Positions 16,708 through 27,271 of a stretch of 64,000 nucleotides of DNA are shown here, piece after piece. This DNA is from a virus. Both the position numbers and the translations under genes were made by a program. The stretch covers positions 19,700 to 83,699 of IMG/VR virus record IMGVR_UViG_3300037042_003533; one strand, given 5' to 3'. Numbering within the stretch: position 1 is the first letter of the stretch; every line of letters starts with the position of its first letter. The notes below the pieces were generated by a model, which saw only the letters and a program-made list of their open reading frames with translations, had not been told where the DNA came from and searched no databases.

Positions 16708-17955
16708 ATGGCCTACGCAAGTGTTCGTACTCTTATCCCCCTCGATAATTGGGCTAGGGTTATTCAACTAGACCCAATTCATTTCAATTCTATCCTGACT
16801 GACCTCAGACCAGAGACCAGCGCCTGTGATAGTGTTTATGCACAGCACGACTGGCAGGACACGGGCAGAGTCTCGCGAGAGGCTGTGGCGATGGCACTGA
16901 AGCAGGCAGAGGATACAGTAACTATCTATCTGGGGTATTTTCCTGTTCCTACTTGGGTTGAAGAGGAAGAGCACGAGCTGACCCGGCCCTTTAAGCCGGA
17001 ACTTTCTTATGCTGTTAATTTGGACATAAGAGGTAAAAAACAGTCTATTGCTACGAGAAGGGGCTACTTCATCGAGGGAGGCAGAAAAGCCAAAGTCCTC
17101 ATTGAAGCAGGAAGTGTAGTAACCTACTCGGATTCAAACGGGGACGGGTATAATGATCTGGCTACAGTCACTGTAGTCACACCTATCACAGAACCATCTG
17201 AAATTTGTGTCTTCTACCCAGGGAAATCTGGCGCTGATATATGGGAGATAAGACCAACAACGGTAACATTCGCAGCAGGTGTGGCTACAATAACTTTCCA
17301 GAAGTACCAGGTTCCCCTTGAAGTGCTAATTGAGAAACTAGCAAACTCCCCCGGTGATCCCAACTTCAGAGCAATTGATGGAGATGTGGATACTAACTTT
17401 ATCCGAACCGCTGACGTGTACAGGGTGTACAACGACCCATCACAGCAACTGAACTTCCTATCAGAAGATAGTTGTGTGTCCTGTGGGGGAACAGGTTGTA
17501 TAGCATGTAATGAGTATTCTGAATCGGGTTGCATGTATCCTAGAAACAGCCGTCTAGGAGTTGTGGCTGTATCTCGGTCAACTTGGGATGCTGTCACAGA
17601 AACATTTGTGTCCACCAGTTTTACTAACTGCTTGCTGCCGGATAAAGTAAAAATCTGGTATCGTTCCGGTTATCAGAATAGAGACATGGATGTGCCTTTA
17701 ATAAACATGGACCCGACGTGGGAACGTTTGATTGTATATTACAGCTTAACTCTGATTGATACAGAAATCTGTGGCTGTGATAACACCAAGCGTATCATCT
17801 CCTCTATGCGGCAAGACTTAGCTAGACCAACTACCCAAGGGGCTTTTGCAATGACTTCCAGAGACCTGGACTGCCCTCTTGGTACAAGCCGCGCGGGGCT
17901 CATGCTGTGGAAGAAAATAATCTCGCCGGGCACCCGGCTGGTACAAGCCAGGTGA
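16708..17955 (+). CDS. Probable head-tail connector/neck protein
   Basis: Position upstream of tail genes; AE..V..YLG and VKIWYRSGY motifs resemble adaptor proteins. Confidence 0.45.
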   Translation: MAYASVRTLIPLDNWARVIQLDPIHFNSILTDLRPETSACDSVYAQHDWQDTGRVSREAVAMALKQAEDTVTIYLGYFPVPTWVEEEEHELTRPFKPELSYAVNLDIRGKKQSIATRRGYFIEGGRKAKVLIEAGSVVTYSDSNGDGYNDLATVTVVTPITEPSEICVFYPGKSGADIWEIRPTTVTFAAGVATITFQKYQVPLEVLIEKLANSPGDPNFRAIDGDVDTNFIRTADVYRVYNDPSQQLNFLSEDSCVSCGGTGCIACNEYSESGCMYPRNSRLGVVAVSRSTWDAVTETFVSTSFTNCLLPDKVKIWYRSGYQNRDMDVPLINMDPTWERLIVYYSLTLIDTEICGCDNTKRIISSMRQDLARPTTQGAFAMTSRDLDCPLGTSRAGLMLWKKIISPGTRLVQAR

Positions 17956-17972
17956 TTTTAAGGAGAGTTTGA

Positions 17973-18281
17973 ATGCGTGTAAACTATAGTGAAGAAAATG
18001 GAGATATTCAGATCAGGGAAGTTCCCGACAAAGCCGATCCTAAAAGCTATAAATATGGGGTAGTGATCGGCCCACCTGATCTGAGTGATCTTAGTCTTTC
18101 CAGCAAACTTATAAAACAATTATCCAGAGAACTAGCTTTAGCTGGTTTTGGTAATTATAAAGATACGATGAGCAGGAGAGGGGAGCTTCTTGATGTTGTT
18201 AGGAAGGTAACGGGGAATAAAGACAAAACCCTTCTTAAACAAATTTTGTATATCTATCAAAAGAATTACTTTGAGGACTAG
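17973..18281 (+). CDS. Hypothetical protein
   Basis: AAGGAGAG RBS. Confidence 0.6.
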   Translation: MRVNYSEENGDIQIREVPDKADPKSYKYGVVIGPPDLSDLSLSSKLIKQLSRELALAGFGNYKDTMSRRGELLDVVRKVTGNKDKTLLKQILYIYQKNYFED

Positions 18282-18292
18282 GGAGTAAAATT

Positions 18293-19807
18293 ATGCCAAA
18301 CGAAGGTGTTATTATAACGGGCGGAAAAAGCCGCGTTTTCTCGATTGAAGGTCAGGCTGGCCCTGACAATGTGCCGTTTTACCACAGTTGGGCGGCTGCT
18401 GGCTCTGTAGAACAGCCCGTAGGGGATATTACCAGGGTTGAAGCCCCCTCTGTGACAGAGTATGGTGGGTTTGATGTTGTGGGTGAAGTGCTGGGAGCAG
18501 AAGAGAATGCTACCATTACCCTGACCCTGCAAGATCGTATGTCGGTCTCGGAAGTGTTGGGTTATGCTCGCCGTCGTTGTCCTTTTGACCTGCAAATCCA
18601 TCAGGGTTCTTGTCAAGACCCTCGTGACTTTGATGCAGGCTGGGATAAGATTCGTGTGTTCGAGCGTGCCCGCGCAACTGGGTATAGCACGGATGATCTC
18701 GGTTCGCTGGAATCAGGGGACGTGGGCAAGGTAACTGAGAGTCTGGATGTTTCTGCTCTTCGGTACTACGAAATCCTGCCAATGACTTATGCTGAGAAAG
18801 CCACAACCGAAGTAACCAATGAAATCATTGCCATCTCGGTCTGTGACAAGCCGTCCTGCGGTGATTGCAACAACGCTTCTAATGGTTGTAGCAAGGTTTT
18901 TGCTATCTCCGCTCCTGCTGGGAGTTCTCCTGGGCTTGGCTCGGAAGTTATCTTTACGGATGATGGCTTTGCTACTGCTGGAGATTCTCCTATCACTACG
19001 CTGGCTGCTGGGCAAGACCCTGACGACGCCACCTGTGTTGGGCCTAACCTGGTAGTTGTGTCTAATTCTGCTACTGGCTTCGGTATTCACTGGGCTCCTA
19101 GCGCGGACATCCTGGATGGAACAGAAGTTTGGACAAAGGTAACTACTGGACTGGTTGCAGCCCACTATCCTACCTGCATTACTTCTGCTTCTCCAAGAGA
19201 TACCTGGATGGGTGGTGACGGTGGCTATATTTACTTTGCCACTGACCCAACCAACGGGGTTACGGTGCAGGAAGCTGGTGCTTTGTCGGTTCAGAACATC
19301 AATGACATCTATGCCTTCTCAACCAAGCTCGTGGTAGCGGTGGGGGCTTTGAACACTATCCTGTACACCACCAATGGTTCGGATTGGTCTCTAATCGCAG
19401 GCCCTGCTGCTCTTGCGGCAGTTAACCTTAATTGTGTAACTATCCGGGGTGAAACTGAGTGGTGGATTGGTGCTGCTAACGGCAGTGTCTACTATACCAC
19501 AGACTCAGGTGCTCACTGGAGTTTGAAAGCCTTCCCTGGCTCTGGCGCTGGTTCTATCGAAGCTATCGCGTTTGCTAGTGACACGGTTGGTTATATTTCT
19601 CACAAGACAGCCGCTCCCAAGGGAGTTATCCTACGCACGATTTCTGGTGGAAACACCTGGTACATCGTTCCCGAAGGAACTTCTACGGTACCGGCTGCTG
19701 ACGCCTTTAATAGTATTGCAGTTTGCATCGACGAAGCCAATATCCTGTACGCAGGTGGGCTGGCCGACAACGCTGCTGATGGCATTATTATCAAGGGCTC
19801 TTACTAA
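18293..19807 (+). CDS. Major tail (tube) protein with C-terminal Asp-box/YCF48-like beta-propeller
   Basis: Position before chaperones and tape measure; biased codons; Asp-box-like repeats FTDDGF, YTTNGSDW, YTTDSGAHW, RTISGGNTW. Confidence 0.65.
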   Translation: MPNEGVIITGGKSRVFSIEGQAGPDNVPFYHSWAAAGSVEQPVGDITRVEAPSVTEYGGFDVVGEVLGAEENATITLTLQDRMSVSEVLGYARRRCPFDLQIHQGSCQDPRDFDAGWDKIRVFERARATGYSTDDLGSLESGDVGKVTESLDVSALRYYEILPMTYAEKATTEVTNEIIAISVCDKPSCGDCNNASNGCSKVFAISAPAGSSPGLGSEVIFTDDGFATAGDSPITTLAAGQDPDDATCVGPNLVVVSNSATGFGIHWAPSADILDGTEVWTKVTTGLVAAHYPTCITSASPRDTWMGGDGGYIYFATDPTNGVTVQEAGALSVQNINDIYAFSTKLVVAVGALNTILYTTNGSDWSLIAGPAALAAVNLNCVTIRGETEWWIGAANGSVYYTTDSGAHWSLKAFPGSGAGSIEAIAFASDTVGYISHKTAAPKGVILRTISGGNTWYIVPEGTSTVPAADAFNSIAVCIDEANILYAGGLADNAADGIIIKGSY

Positions 19808-19921
19808 ATAGAATAGGCTCAGGCCCTATCTATCCTCTGGTGAGAGGATGTAACAATCTGAGCATACGGGCTACCGAACAAGGGACTAAGGTAGCCCACC
19901 TTTAGTTTATGGGAGAGAGAA

Positions 19922-20482
19922 ATGTCAGATAATTATAATGAAACACTTGGTATTGCCCTAGATAGTGTAAAAGAGACAGAAACTGTTCAGGATGATGGGT
20001 ATATTCATCTTAGTTCTGGGGTTGTGCTGGCCCCCCGCAAAATTAACCCCCTTGTTTTCCAGCAAGTAGCTTCCCAGTTCAAAGACCCTGTTGTACCTTA
20101 CGTATGGGATGAGAAAAAACAACGTAAAGAATACAACCCAATGAATCCAGAATATCTTGAGGAAAAGAAACGGGTTGAAGCTGAGCGTAGCATGGCAACC
20201 ATCGATGCGGTGATTGCTCTGGGGACAAAACTTAGTTCAGAGCACCCTATGCCCCCGGATATTAGTTCACTGGAAGATGATGATTGGATATATGATTTAG
20301 AAGCTGCTGGTCTTGTCTTCGATACAGACAACAAACGTATGCGCTATCGCACATGGGTTAAATTTATTGCTTGCCCGGAAGTTAAGGACATTGAAATTCT
20401 TACCAATAAGGTGCTTAAATACATCGGGGTGCTAGAGGAGAATGTCGGCGCTGCCGTGGACTCCTTTCAATATAAAACGTAA
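19922..20482 (+). CDS. Tail assembly chaperone (gpG-like)
   Basis: Between tail tube and tape measure genes. Confidence 0.65.
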   Translation: MSDNYNETLGIALDSVKETETVQDDGYIHLSSGVVLAPRKINPLVFQQVASQFKDPVVPYVWDEKKQRKEYNPMNPEYLEEKKRVEAERSMATIDAVIALGTKLSSEHPMPPDISSLEDDDWIYDLEAAGLVFDTDNKRMRYRTWVKFIACPEVKDIEILTNKVLKYIGVLEENVGAAVDSFQYKT

Positions 20483-20753
20483 TGGGGTTCTGCTTACCCA
20501 AGCGGAAATAAAGACAACGATTGATACCGGGATTACTATGTCTGGTTTTCCTGGCATAGTTAATCCCTTCTATGAGATAGCTGCTTGCAACGCAGCTAAT
20601 TATAAATACTATCACGACTGGCAAGACCTGTCTTCAGAACAAAAGGAAGTTTTAGTTGGGCACTACTTTGCTGGTACACTGTTAGAGAATCATAAATCAG
20701 ACGCTCAAAATCGTGCATCGGAAAAGGCTAGTAAGGGACGAGGCAAGAAGTAG
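20442..20753 (+). CDS. Tail assembly chaperone extension (gpT-like), probably reached by +1 frameshift
   Basis: Overlaps the upstream ORF in the +1 frame; TCC TTT C at 20462-20468; W..LS.E.K and basic C-terminus typical of gpT. Confidence 0.55.
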   Translation: MSALPWTPFNIKRNGVLLTQAEIKTTIDTGITMSGFPGIVNPFYEIAACNAANYKYYHDWQDLSSEQKEVLVGHYFAGTLLENHKSDAQNRASEKASKGRGKK

Positions 20754-20756
20754 AGA

Positions 20757-23700
20757 ATGCCCGAACAGATTGGTGTTGAGGTTGTTGCAGTGGGAGTTGC
20801 GGCTTTTAGCCGCGCTTTGCGTACTGCCCAAGATGATCTTGAACGGTTTCAAGGGTCTATACTTACATCTGCCAATTCTGCTACCACGTTAGGAAACAAC
20901 CTTATTTCCATTGGTGGAAATATGGAGCGTCTTGGGAGGGCAATGACTATTGGAATCACAGCCCCCTTGGGTATTTTAGCAGGCACTCTCATTAGTGCTG
21001 GTATTGCCTTCGAAGACTCTTTCGCAGGTATCACCAAAACAGTTGATGGACTTGGTGTTGGTTTTGACGAGATTAGAAATGCAGCTCAAAGTCAACTTGG
21101 AATTGTTGTTACCAATATGGATGAGGCTAGAGATGCCGCCGCTAAAATGGGAATATCTTTTGGTGACCTAACCCCATTAGGGGAGGAGGTTAGAAAACAG
21201 TTCCGGGAGATGGCTCTTGAAATCCCTCTAACTGCCTCGGAGTTAAATAAGTTTGGAGAAACGGCTGGGCAATTTGGTGTGGCAGCTTCTGAGATCGAGG
21301 GAGTTACACGATCTATGGCCGCTCTTGAGGTAGCCACTAACTTAGCAGGTGACGCCGCCGGTTCTCAGATAATCCAACTTAGAAACATTACTAAATCTAG
21401 CATGGATATGTCAGAATTTGTTAATAGAGCTGGCTCTGCCTTGGTTTACTTGGGGAACAGTTCTGTTTCGACAGAAAGTCAGATATTAGATGCCACCATG
21501 AGAATTGCGGCTGCTGGTGACGCTGCAAACTTCACTGAACAGGAGATGTTTGCTTGGGGAACCACTATTTCTGACTTAGGGGTCAGAGCAGAAAAAGGTG
21601 GTACTGCTGTTAGTCGTATGATCAATGAAATGTTGATTGCAGTAGAAACTGGTAGTGATAATCTTGGCACCTTTGCTGGCGTGATGGGAATTAGTGTTGA
21701 AGACTTACAAAAGATGTTTGAAGAAGATGCTTCAAATGCTATCTTTACCTTTACACAAGCTTTAACTACTAATATTAAAGCCGGTAATGTTTCTAAGAAG
21801 ATGCTGACTGAGTTGGGTCTTGGTGGTGTGAGAGCTATTGATGTTGTTCAAAGGCTTTCTGGGGCCCAAGATATGTTTACTACTAACTTGGATAATGCTA
21901 ATAAATCTTGGGCCGAAGGAGTTGCTCTTCAAGAAGAGGCGGAGAAACGTTATAACACAGTTAAAAGTCAGATTCAATTAACCAAGAACGCTTTCAATGA
22001 TTTAGGGATTACTATCTTTGATTTAGTGAAGGGAGATATTAGCAACCTTCTCGAAAAAATACGAGAAGGCATAACTTGGTTTAAGAACTTAGATGCTGGT
22101 CTTATAAAAACAATCCTAAAGTTTGCCGGAATTGCAGCAGCAATCGGGCCAGTGCTAGTTGTACTGGGAGCACTTATATCGGCAGTCGGAACTGTATTTA
22201 CAGCTATAGGGGGTATTCCTACTGCGCTGAAGTTAATAAGCCGGACTCTACTTAGCACACTTGGCCCCGTGGGGCTTCTGATCTCTGGACTTATGCTGTT
22301 AATCCCCCTCCTTTCAGGTACTGGGTTCAAGCTTAATATAGATTTCTCAGAAATTATAGATAAATTTAATGGTCTCGTAGAAACAGTTAAAACAAGTTTA
22401 GGGGAAATTGTCTCAGCTTTCGCAAATCTTAAAATTGGGGATACGGGTCTGCTTGAGTCTTTACAAGGTTTACTAGACACCCTCATCAACAGTATTATAA
22501 ATAAAATTACTAGTGTAATGGAATTCTTCCAAGACATGGCTAAAGGATTCTCTGACACTTTTACACCCTTTATAGTTGACAAAGGCCCCCAAATAGAGCG
22601 TATTCTAATCAACGTGAAAACTATTGTAGACGAAGTTAGAACAGCTTTTGAAAAAGCAGGAGCTGCTATCGCTGCTGCTTTAGGGTTAAATACTAATGGA
22701 ACGGGAGTAGGGGAATTTCTTGGGGCCTTAGCTGGTCTAGCTTTCGAGGAGCTACTAAATGGTCTTGAGGCAGTTACTGGTTTTATTGCTAAGTTAGATG
22801 AGGGTATTACCAAAATCGCAGAGAACCAGGCAGTAAAGGATGTTATAAGTGGGATTGCTGATTCTTTTATTAGAATAAGGGACGCCGCTGCGGGAATATC
22901 TGTTTCTTGGATTAACGGAGTTGCTAGTGGATTCCAAAATATCACTAATTCTATAGCAAATTCAGAAACATTACAGAGTTTTGTGTCTTTAATAAAAACA
23001 TTGTTTGATATAATTTCTAAGTTTGCTTGGCAAGCAATAAACGATAACGTGAATAATCTAAAAGATGCTGTTAGAGGATTCATTGAGGGTATTACACCTT
23101 TTATTCAATCACAGGGCCCCAGGCTGCAACAAATCTGGGAAAATCTAGCAACAGTTTGGGAAAGATTAGGGCCCCTGTTTGAGGCGATAGAAAAACTAGC
23201 CCAAGCCTTTGAGAAACTAGGCGCGGCGGCTGGTATTAATGTTGATTGGGAAACTATCGGAAAATTCTTTGGGTTTTTGGCTGGTCTAGTTCTCGATGGA
23301 ATTATTCGTGGGATTGAGTGGTTCACAAAATCCTTAATTGATGCTGTCAGTATAATGACAATTTTAGTAAACGCGGGTACACGGTTTGTTTTATTTCTTC
23401 AAAATTCTTCTGGAACTATAAGCGGTGTAGCTGCAAATATAGGTAGTGCTATAAGCAGAGCTTTTAGTCCGATAGTAAATTTATTTGATGCTGCCCGAAA
23501 TAGTATAGACCGGATGAAAGAAACTTTTTATGGAGTCCAGAACACAATTAATAATGTTATGTGGTCATTTGATATGTTACAATGGAAGATTGGAAACGTT
23601 GTAAATACTGCCAAATGGTATCTCGACCAACTAGGATCAAAAGTACAAGAAGTTCTCAGAATGATCACAGGATCACCGGAACTAATCATTCAGCACCCCT

Positions 23701-23942
23701 TCGAGAAATTTGAAGGTTATTTGAAAGCAGTTGATTTTAGCAAGCTTATAGAAGGCTCCATGGCTCTAAACAGTATGAATCAAATATCAATGGTAGCCCC
23801 CTCTGCTTCTAGTAATCAACAAACTATTACCAACGACCGCCGTGTACAGGCCAATATTACCGGTGTTCCCATGGACACTGCTAGTGGTATAGTAGACATC
23901 TTGCAGCGTCAAACTAGGATGGCAGAGGTATTCCAGTCATGA
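20757..23942 (+). CDS. Tape measure protein (TP901-like)
   Basis: 1061 aa, helical, G..MTIGITAP, FE..FAGI.KTVD, AEKGGTAVSR motifs, periodic W/F repeats. Confidence 0.92.
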   Translation: MPEQIGVEVVAVGVAAFSRALRTAQDDLERFQGSILTSANSATTLGNNLISIGGNMERLGRAMTIGITAPLGILAGTLISAGIAFEDSFAGITKTVDGLGVGFDEIRNAAQSQLGIVVTNMDEARDAAAKMGISFGDLTPLGEEVRKQFREMALEIPLTASELNKFGETAGQFGVAASEIEGVTRSMAALEVATNLAGDAAGSQIIQLRNITKSSMDMSEFVNRAGSALVYLGNSSVSTESQILDATMRIAAAGDAANFTEQEMFAWGTTISDLGVRAEKGGTAVSRMINEMLIAVETGSDNLGTFAGVMGISVEDLQKMFEEDASNAIFTFTQALTTNIKAGNVSKKMLTELGLGGVRAIDVVQRLSGAQDMFTTNLDNANKSWAEGVALQEEAEKRYNTVKSQIQLTKNAFNDLGITIFDLVKGDISNLLEKIREGITWFKNLDAGLIKTILKFAGIAAAIGPVLVVLGALISAVGTVFTAIGGIPTALKLISRTLLSTLGPVGLLISGLMLLIPLLSGTGFKLNIDFSEIIDKFNGLVETVKTSLGEIVSAFANLKIGDTGLLESLQGLLDTLINSIINKITSVMEFFQDMAKGFSDTFTPFIVDKGPQIERILINVKTIVDEVRTAFEKAGAAIAAALGLNTNGTGVGEFLGALAGLAFEELLNGLEAVTGFIAKLDEGITKIAENQAVKDVISGIADSFIRIRDAAAGISVSWINGVASGFQNITNSIANSETLQSFVSLIKTLFDIISKFAWQAINDNVNNLKDAVRGFIEGITPFIQSQGPRLQQIWENLATVWERLGPLFEAIEKLAQAFEKLGAAAGINVDWETIGKFFGFLAGLVLDGIIRGIEWFTKSLIDAVSIMTILVNAGTRFVLFLQNSSGTISGVAANIGSAISRAFSPIVNLFDAARNSIDRMKETFYGVQNTINNVMWSFDMLQWKIGNVVNTAKWYLDQLGSKVQEVLRMITGSPELIIQHPFEKFEGYLKAVDFSKLIEGSMALNSMNQISMVAPSASSNQQTITNDRRVQANITGVPMDTASGIVDILQRQTRMAEVFQS

Positions 23943-24892
23943 CAGTAAGAAACTTCCGCCGTGCTGTTACTGAGTTAATCCAGTACATCACGCCAGACGG
24001 CATTGTAGTTAATCTACACGATCCTCCTGGTGGGAGGTCTATCTTGCTCTACGAGGGCGACGGCTTACCCTCGCTTTCCTATGATACTACTAGAGGCCCC
24101 TTCCAACACGGTTCAAGTGTTCTGGGGGCTAAAGAACCAGAACGGGAAATAAATCTAGCGGTTCGCTGGAATGCCTGTGACCGTGATGAATATTGGGATA
24201 TGCGTCATGAGTTTGGAAACTACATGCGCCCTAATCGTACAGATATGAACAACCCAGAGCCTGGGATTATCCGAAGAGTTCTCAGTAATGGCGAAATCTA
24301 TGATCTAGACGTTTATCTTGTAGAAGGGCCAAAATATGTTTTTCCAGCAGAGTGGGATCATTTCTCTTTCCAAGAAGCTTTATCTTTTATTGCTTACAAC
24401 CCTATTCTCTACAAGCCAGAGGATATAACTTGTACTTTAACTGACTTTGATCCCGGCGTTTTGCCAGATATTGTTTTTCCTTTCGAGTTTCCTTTTGAGT
24501 TTGCAGAAGAAGACCCGACGGTAGCCAAGTCCTGTGTTATTAACTATGATGGTAACTGGGAATCGTTCCCCATCATCACTGTGGAAGGCCCATGGACAAA
24601 TCTACTAATAACTCACACCAACACTGGGGATGTGATCGAGATAGTAGGCTACACATCGCCAGCAGCCGAGATAACAACATTTGACCTGACCTACAACGTG
24701 AAAACTATTCAAACGGGAGCTGGTATATCATTGATGGGCTATCTGGTCAACCCCAACGATCTGGGAACTTTCAGTATAGAGCCGGAACCAACTGTTGCGG
24801 GGGGTATCAATACCATCAGTATAACTGTAGAGGGTGGCACGGCTGCCACAGAAGCTATCATAACGTATAAAGAGAGGTTTATCACAATCTAA
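23939..24892 (+). CDS. Distal tail protein (Dit, Sipho_tail-like)
   Basis: Follows the tape measure; FIAYNP, FPFEFPF, NYDGN..FPIITVEGP, GINTI motifs. Confidence 0.8.
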   Translation: MTVRNFRRAVTELIQYITPDGIVVNLHDPPGGRSILLYEGDGLPSLSYDTTRGPFQHGSSVLGAKEPEREINLAVRWNACDRDEYWDMRHEFGNYMRPNRTDMNNPEPGIIRRVLSNGEIYDLDVYLVEGPKYVFPAEWDHFSFQEALSFIAYNPILYKPEDITCTLTDFDPGVLPDIVFPFEFPFEFAEEDPTVAKSCVINYDGNWESFPIITVEGPWTNLLITHTNTGDVIEIVGYTSPAAEITTFDLTYNVKTIQTGAGISLMGYLVNPNDLGTFSIEPEPTVAGGINTISITVEGGTAATEAIITYKERFITI

Positions 24893-27270
24893 TGGCTGAA
24901 GACTCTGCATATTGGGGAGGACATTTAATAGGGGACGCCGCTTCCGCAACTTTGTGGCAAGCTCCCTACTCGTCTGCCGAGTGGTCAGATGTACTGTCAA
25001 AACTCCTTACCTCTAATAATACGCTTGGTGGTTATATTGTTCCTGACTGTGATAGTGAGTTAGTTGTTACAGAAGCTAACCCTGCTGCTATGTCAGTGCG
25101 AGTCTTTGCTGGGGTCATGAACATCCACGGGCGAGTGTATGAGAATACCACTACTGAGACACTAGTCATTGGAGCTAACGCCACAGGCAACCCTCGAATT
25201 GATAGGGTTGTAGTTAGAATAAGTGTTGCTGCCCAAACTATTCGTCTGGCGGTTTTGCCGGGAGCTGCTGCTGCCTCTCCTTCTCTGCCTGCTTTAACCC
25301 AGACTGCCGCAACCTATGAAATATCCCTGGCCTACATTTGGGTAGCAAACGGGGCAGCTACTATTGTAGATGAAGACATCCATGACGAGAGATTGTTTCT
25401 TGCCAGTTCCGGCAACAGTGAAGATGTTACTCCTGTCGATAACCTGATCCGGAACAGTGAGTTTTATGGTTACAGCAAGATGAGTGGATTTGCTGTTGCT
25501 ACTGATCCCCCGGATGGTTGGAGTTTGGTGTCTACTCCTGCATCTATTGGGTTCTATGCTAAACCTGCTCAAATGGTTCGAGGGAGAGCTTTAGAAATAA
25601 TTGCTAATGGTGCTTCAGAAGGAATTTCTTACACCTTCTCTGTGCTGGCTTCTACTTCCTATGTTATTAAATTATTGACGCAGGTCACTGCTGGGGATAT
25701 TGGGTCAATTGTGGTAACAACAAATGCTGCTGCTCCCACCACGATAACTCGCTACACTAGAAGAACTGCCGCCTGGATAGAAGAGTTAATTTATTACACG
25801 ACAGAAGCCGACGCTACTACCATGACAGTTCAGTTACTAGCTTTAGCAAACACCGATGTGATTCAATATGGGCAGGTACTTGCCGTCAAAGGCCATATTC
25901 CAGGGCCCTTTAGAATGTGTAAGGAAGTTATCTACCACATTAAGGGTGTAACTGATACCAACTGGGCGGCGGATACTAAGTCGGATGGAACTACTACCAT
26001 CGATCTAGATGCGGACTTCCAAGCAATTATTCCCGGTGGGGCAAAGAAAGTTTTAGTTGGGTTAAAGGCCCAAGATTCTACTGTTGCAGGAGATAATATT
26101 CTAACTGAATATGCTGTTGCTAATCAAGATGTAGGAGTTCCTCTGCGGGGCCCTTCTGGAGCGGGGGGAACAGCCGCTATAACTGGAACCGGGACTCCTA
26201 TTCGTATAGGCGATAGTGCTAATTTAGACTATTGGGAGGCCCAATCCTTTACAACAATTACATCTGGTAGATTATCTCAACTGACATTTACTTTACTAGC
26301 CAACACCGGAACACCAGTTGGGGACATTACTTGGGAAATCTGTACCAACAATGTATCAGTGCCATCTGCAACAATTTTGCAGACTGGCACAATTACTCCC
26401 ACTGCAAGTGCAGTTAACACAGTAACTATTACTAATGGAGTATTTCTTAGCACAGGTACTACATATTGGCTTGTATTGCATCTTCCGGATCAAACCACAA
26501 ATAATGGTTGTAATTTGGATTGTCAAGATTCTTCCGACCCTGATGGTAACATGGCCTACAGTACAAATGGGGGAGGTTCTTGGACAGCCACTACGTATGA
26601 TTGTGCCTGTACTATTACTACCAACCCCGTTAGTGTCGGGGATAAATTAGCTCAATCCTTCCAAATAGCTGCTGACTCTTCCGTAACAGGAGTTAAACTA
26701 TACTTACTCAAGGTTGGTTCGCCTGTCGGAACAATGACCTTACGCATCGAAACTAACAATGCAGGGTCGCCTTCGGGGAACTTAGCTCATGCCAATGCTA
26801 CAATAACTTTGGCTGAGAGTGGGCTGGGGGCTGCTTATGCTCTAACAACATTTGCTTTTGCCACGGCTGCTTCCTTATCAGCAGCTACAACATACTGGAT
26901 AGTTCTATCGACAGACCGTGTTGCTAGTACAAGTAACTATGTCCTGTGGGGAAGTGATGCTTCGGCTCCCGGATATGCTTCTGGAGAACTGAAGTCTCAA
27001 GTTGGAGCAGCTTGGAGTGCTGAGTCTAAGGATGGGTGCTTCCAAGTTTACTTAACTATTGTAGCTTTAACTTCCAGTTTATCAGCGAGGGCAAAATCTG
27101 GTACAATTGATTTTGCAAAAGTAAGTCTAGCTGGGTTGGTGGGTAGTACAAATTATTATGGGCAGGGATGGGTTCCGGTAGACTCACTTAACAGATTTGA
27201 TCTTTATGTTGTTGATACCATAGCTAGTTCACTTATTTGTACTGTGTTGCTGTTAGGATTGGAGATATAG
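24892..27270 (+). CDS. Tail fibre/baseplate protein, paralog 1 (with duplicated internal module)
   Basis: RIDRVVVR...P.LTQ....YEISLAYIWV...HDER N-terminus; two AQSF...TTYWxVL repeats. Confidence 0.75.
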   Translation: MAEDSAYWGGHLIGDAASATLWQAPYSSAEWSDVLSKLLTSNNTLGGYIVPDCDSELVVTEANPAAMSVRVFAGVMNIHGRVYENTTTETLVIGANATGNPRIDRVVVRISVAAQTIRLAVLPGAAAASPSLPALTQTAATYEISLAYIWVANGAATIVDEDIHDERLFLASSGNSEDVTPVDNLIRNSEFYGYSKMSGFAVATDPPDGWSLVSTPASIGFYAKPAQMVRGRALEIIANGASEGISYTFSVLASTSYVIKLLTQVTAGDIGSIVVTTNAAAPTTITRYTRRTAAWIEELIYYTTEADATTMTVQLLALANTDVIQYGQVLAVKGHIPGPFRMCKEVIYHIKGVTDTNWAADTKSDGTTTIDLDADFQAIIPGGAKKVLVGLKAQDSTVAGDNILTEYAVANQDVGVPLRGPSGAGGTAAITGTGTPIRIGDSANLDYWEAQSFTTITSGRLSQLTFTLLANTGTPVGDITWEICTNNVSVPSATILQTGTITPTASAVNTVTITNGVFLSTGTTYWLVLHLPDQTTNNGCNLDCQDSSDPDGNMAYSTNGGGSWTATTYDCACTITTNPVSVGDKLAQSFQIAADSSVTGVKLYLLKVGSPVGTMTLRIETNNAGSPSGNLAHANATITLAESGLGAAYALTTFAFATAASLSAATTYWIVLSTDRVASTSNYVLWGSDASAPGYASGELKSQVGAAWSAESKDGCFQVYLTIVALTSSLSARAKSGTIDFAKVSLAGLVGSTNYYGQGWVPVDSLNRFDLYVVDTIASSLICTVLLLGLEI

Positions 27271-27271
27271 A

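Noticed and set aside
21974-23083. 369-aa minus-strand ORF
   Set aside because: Antisense shadow of the tape measure gene; no RBS or motifs
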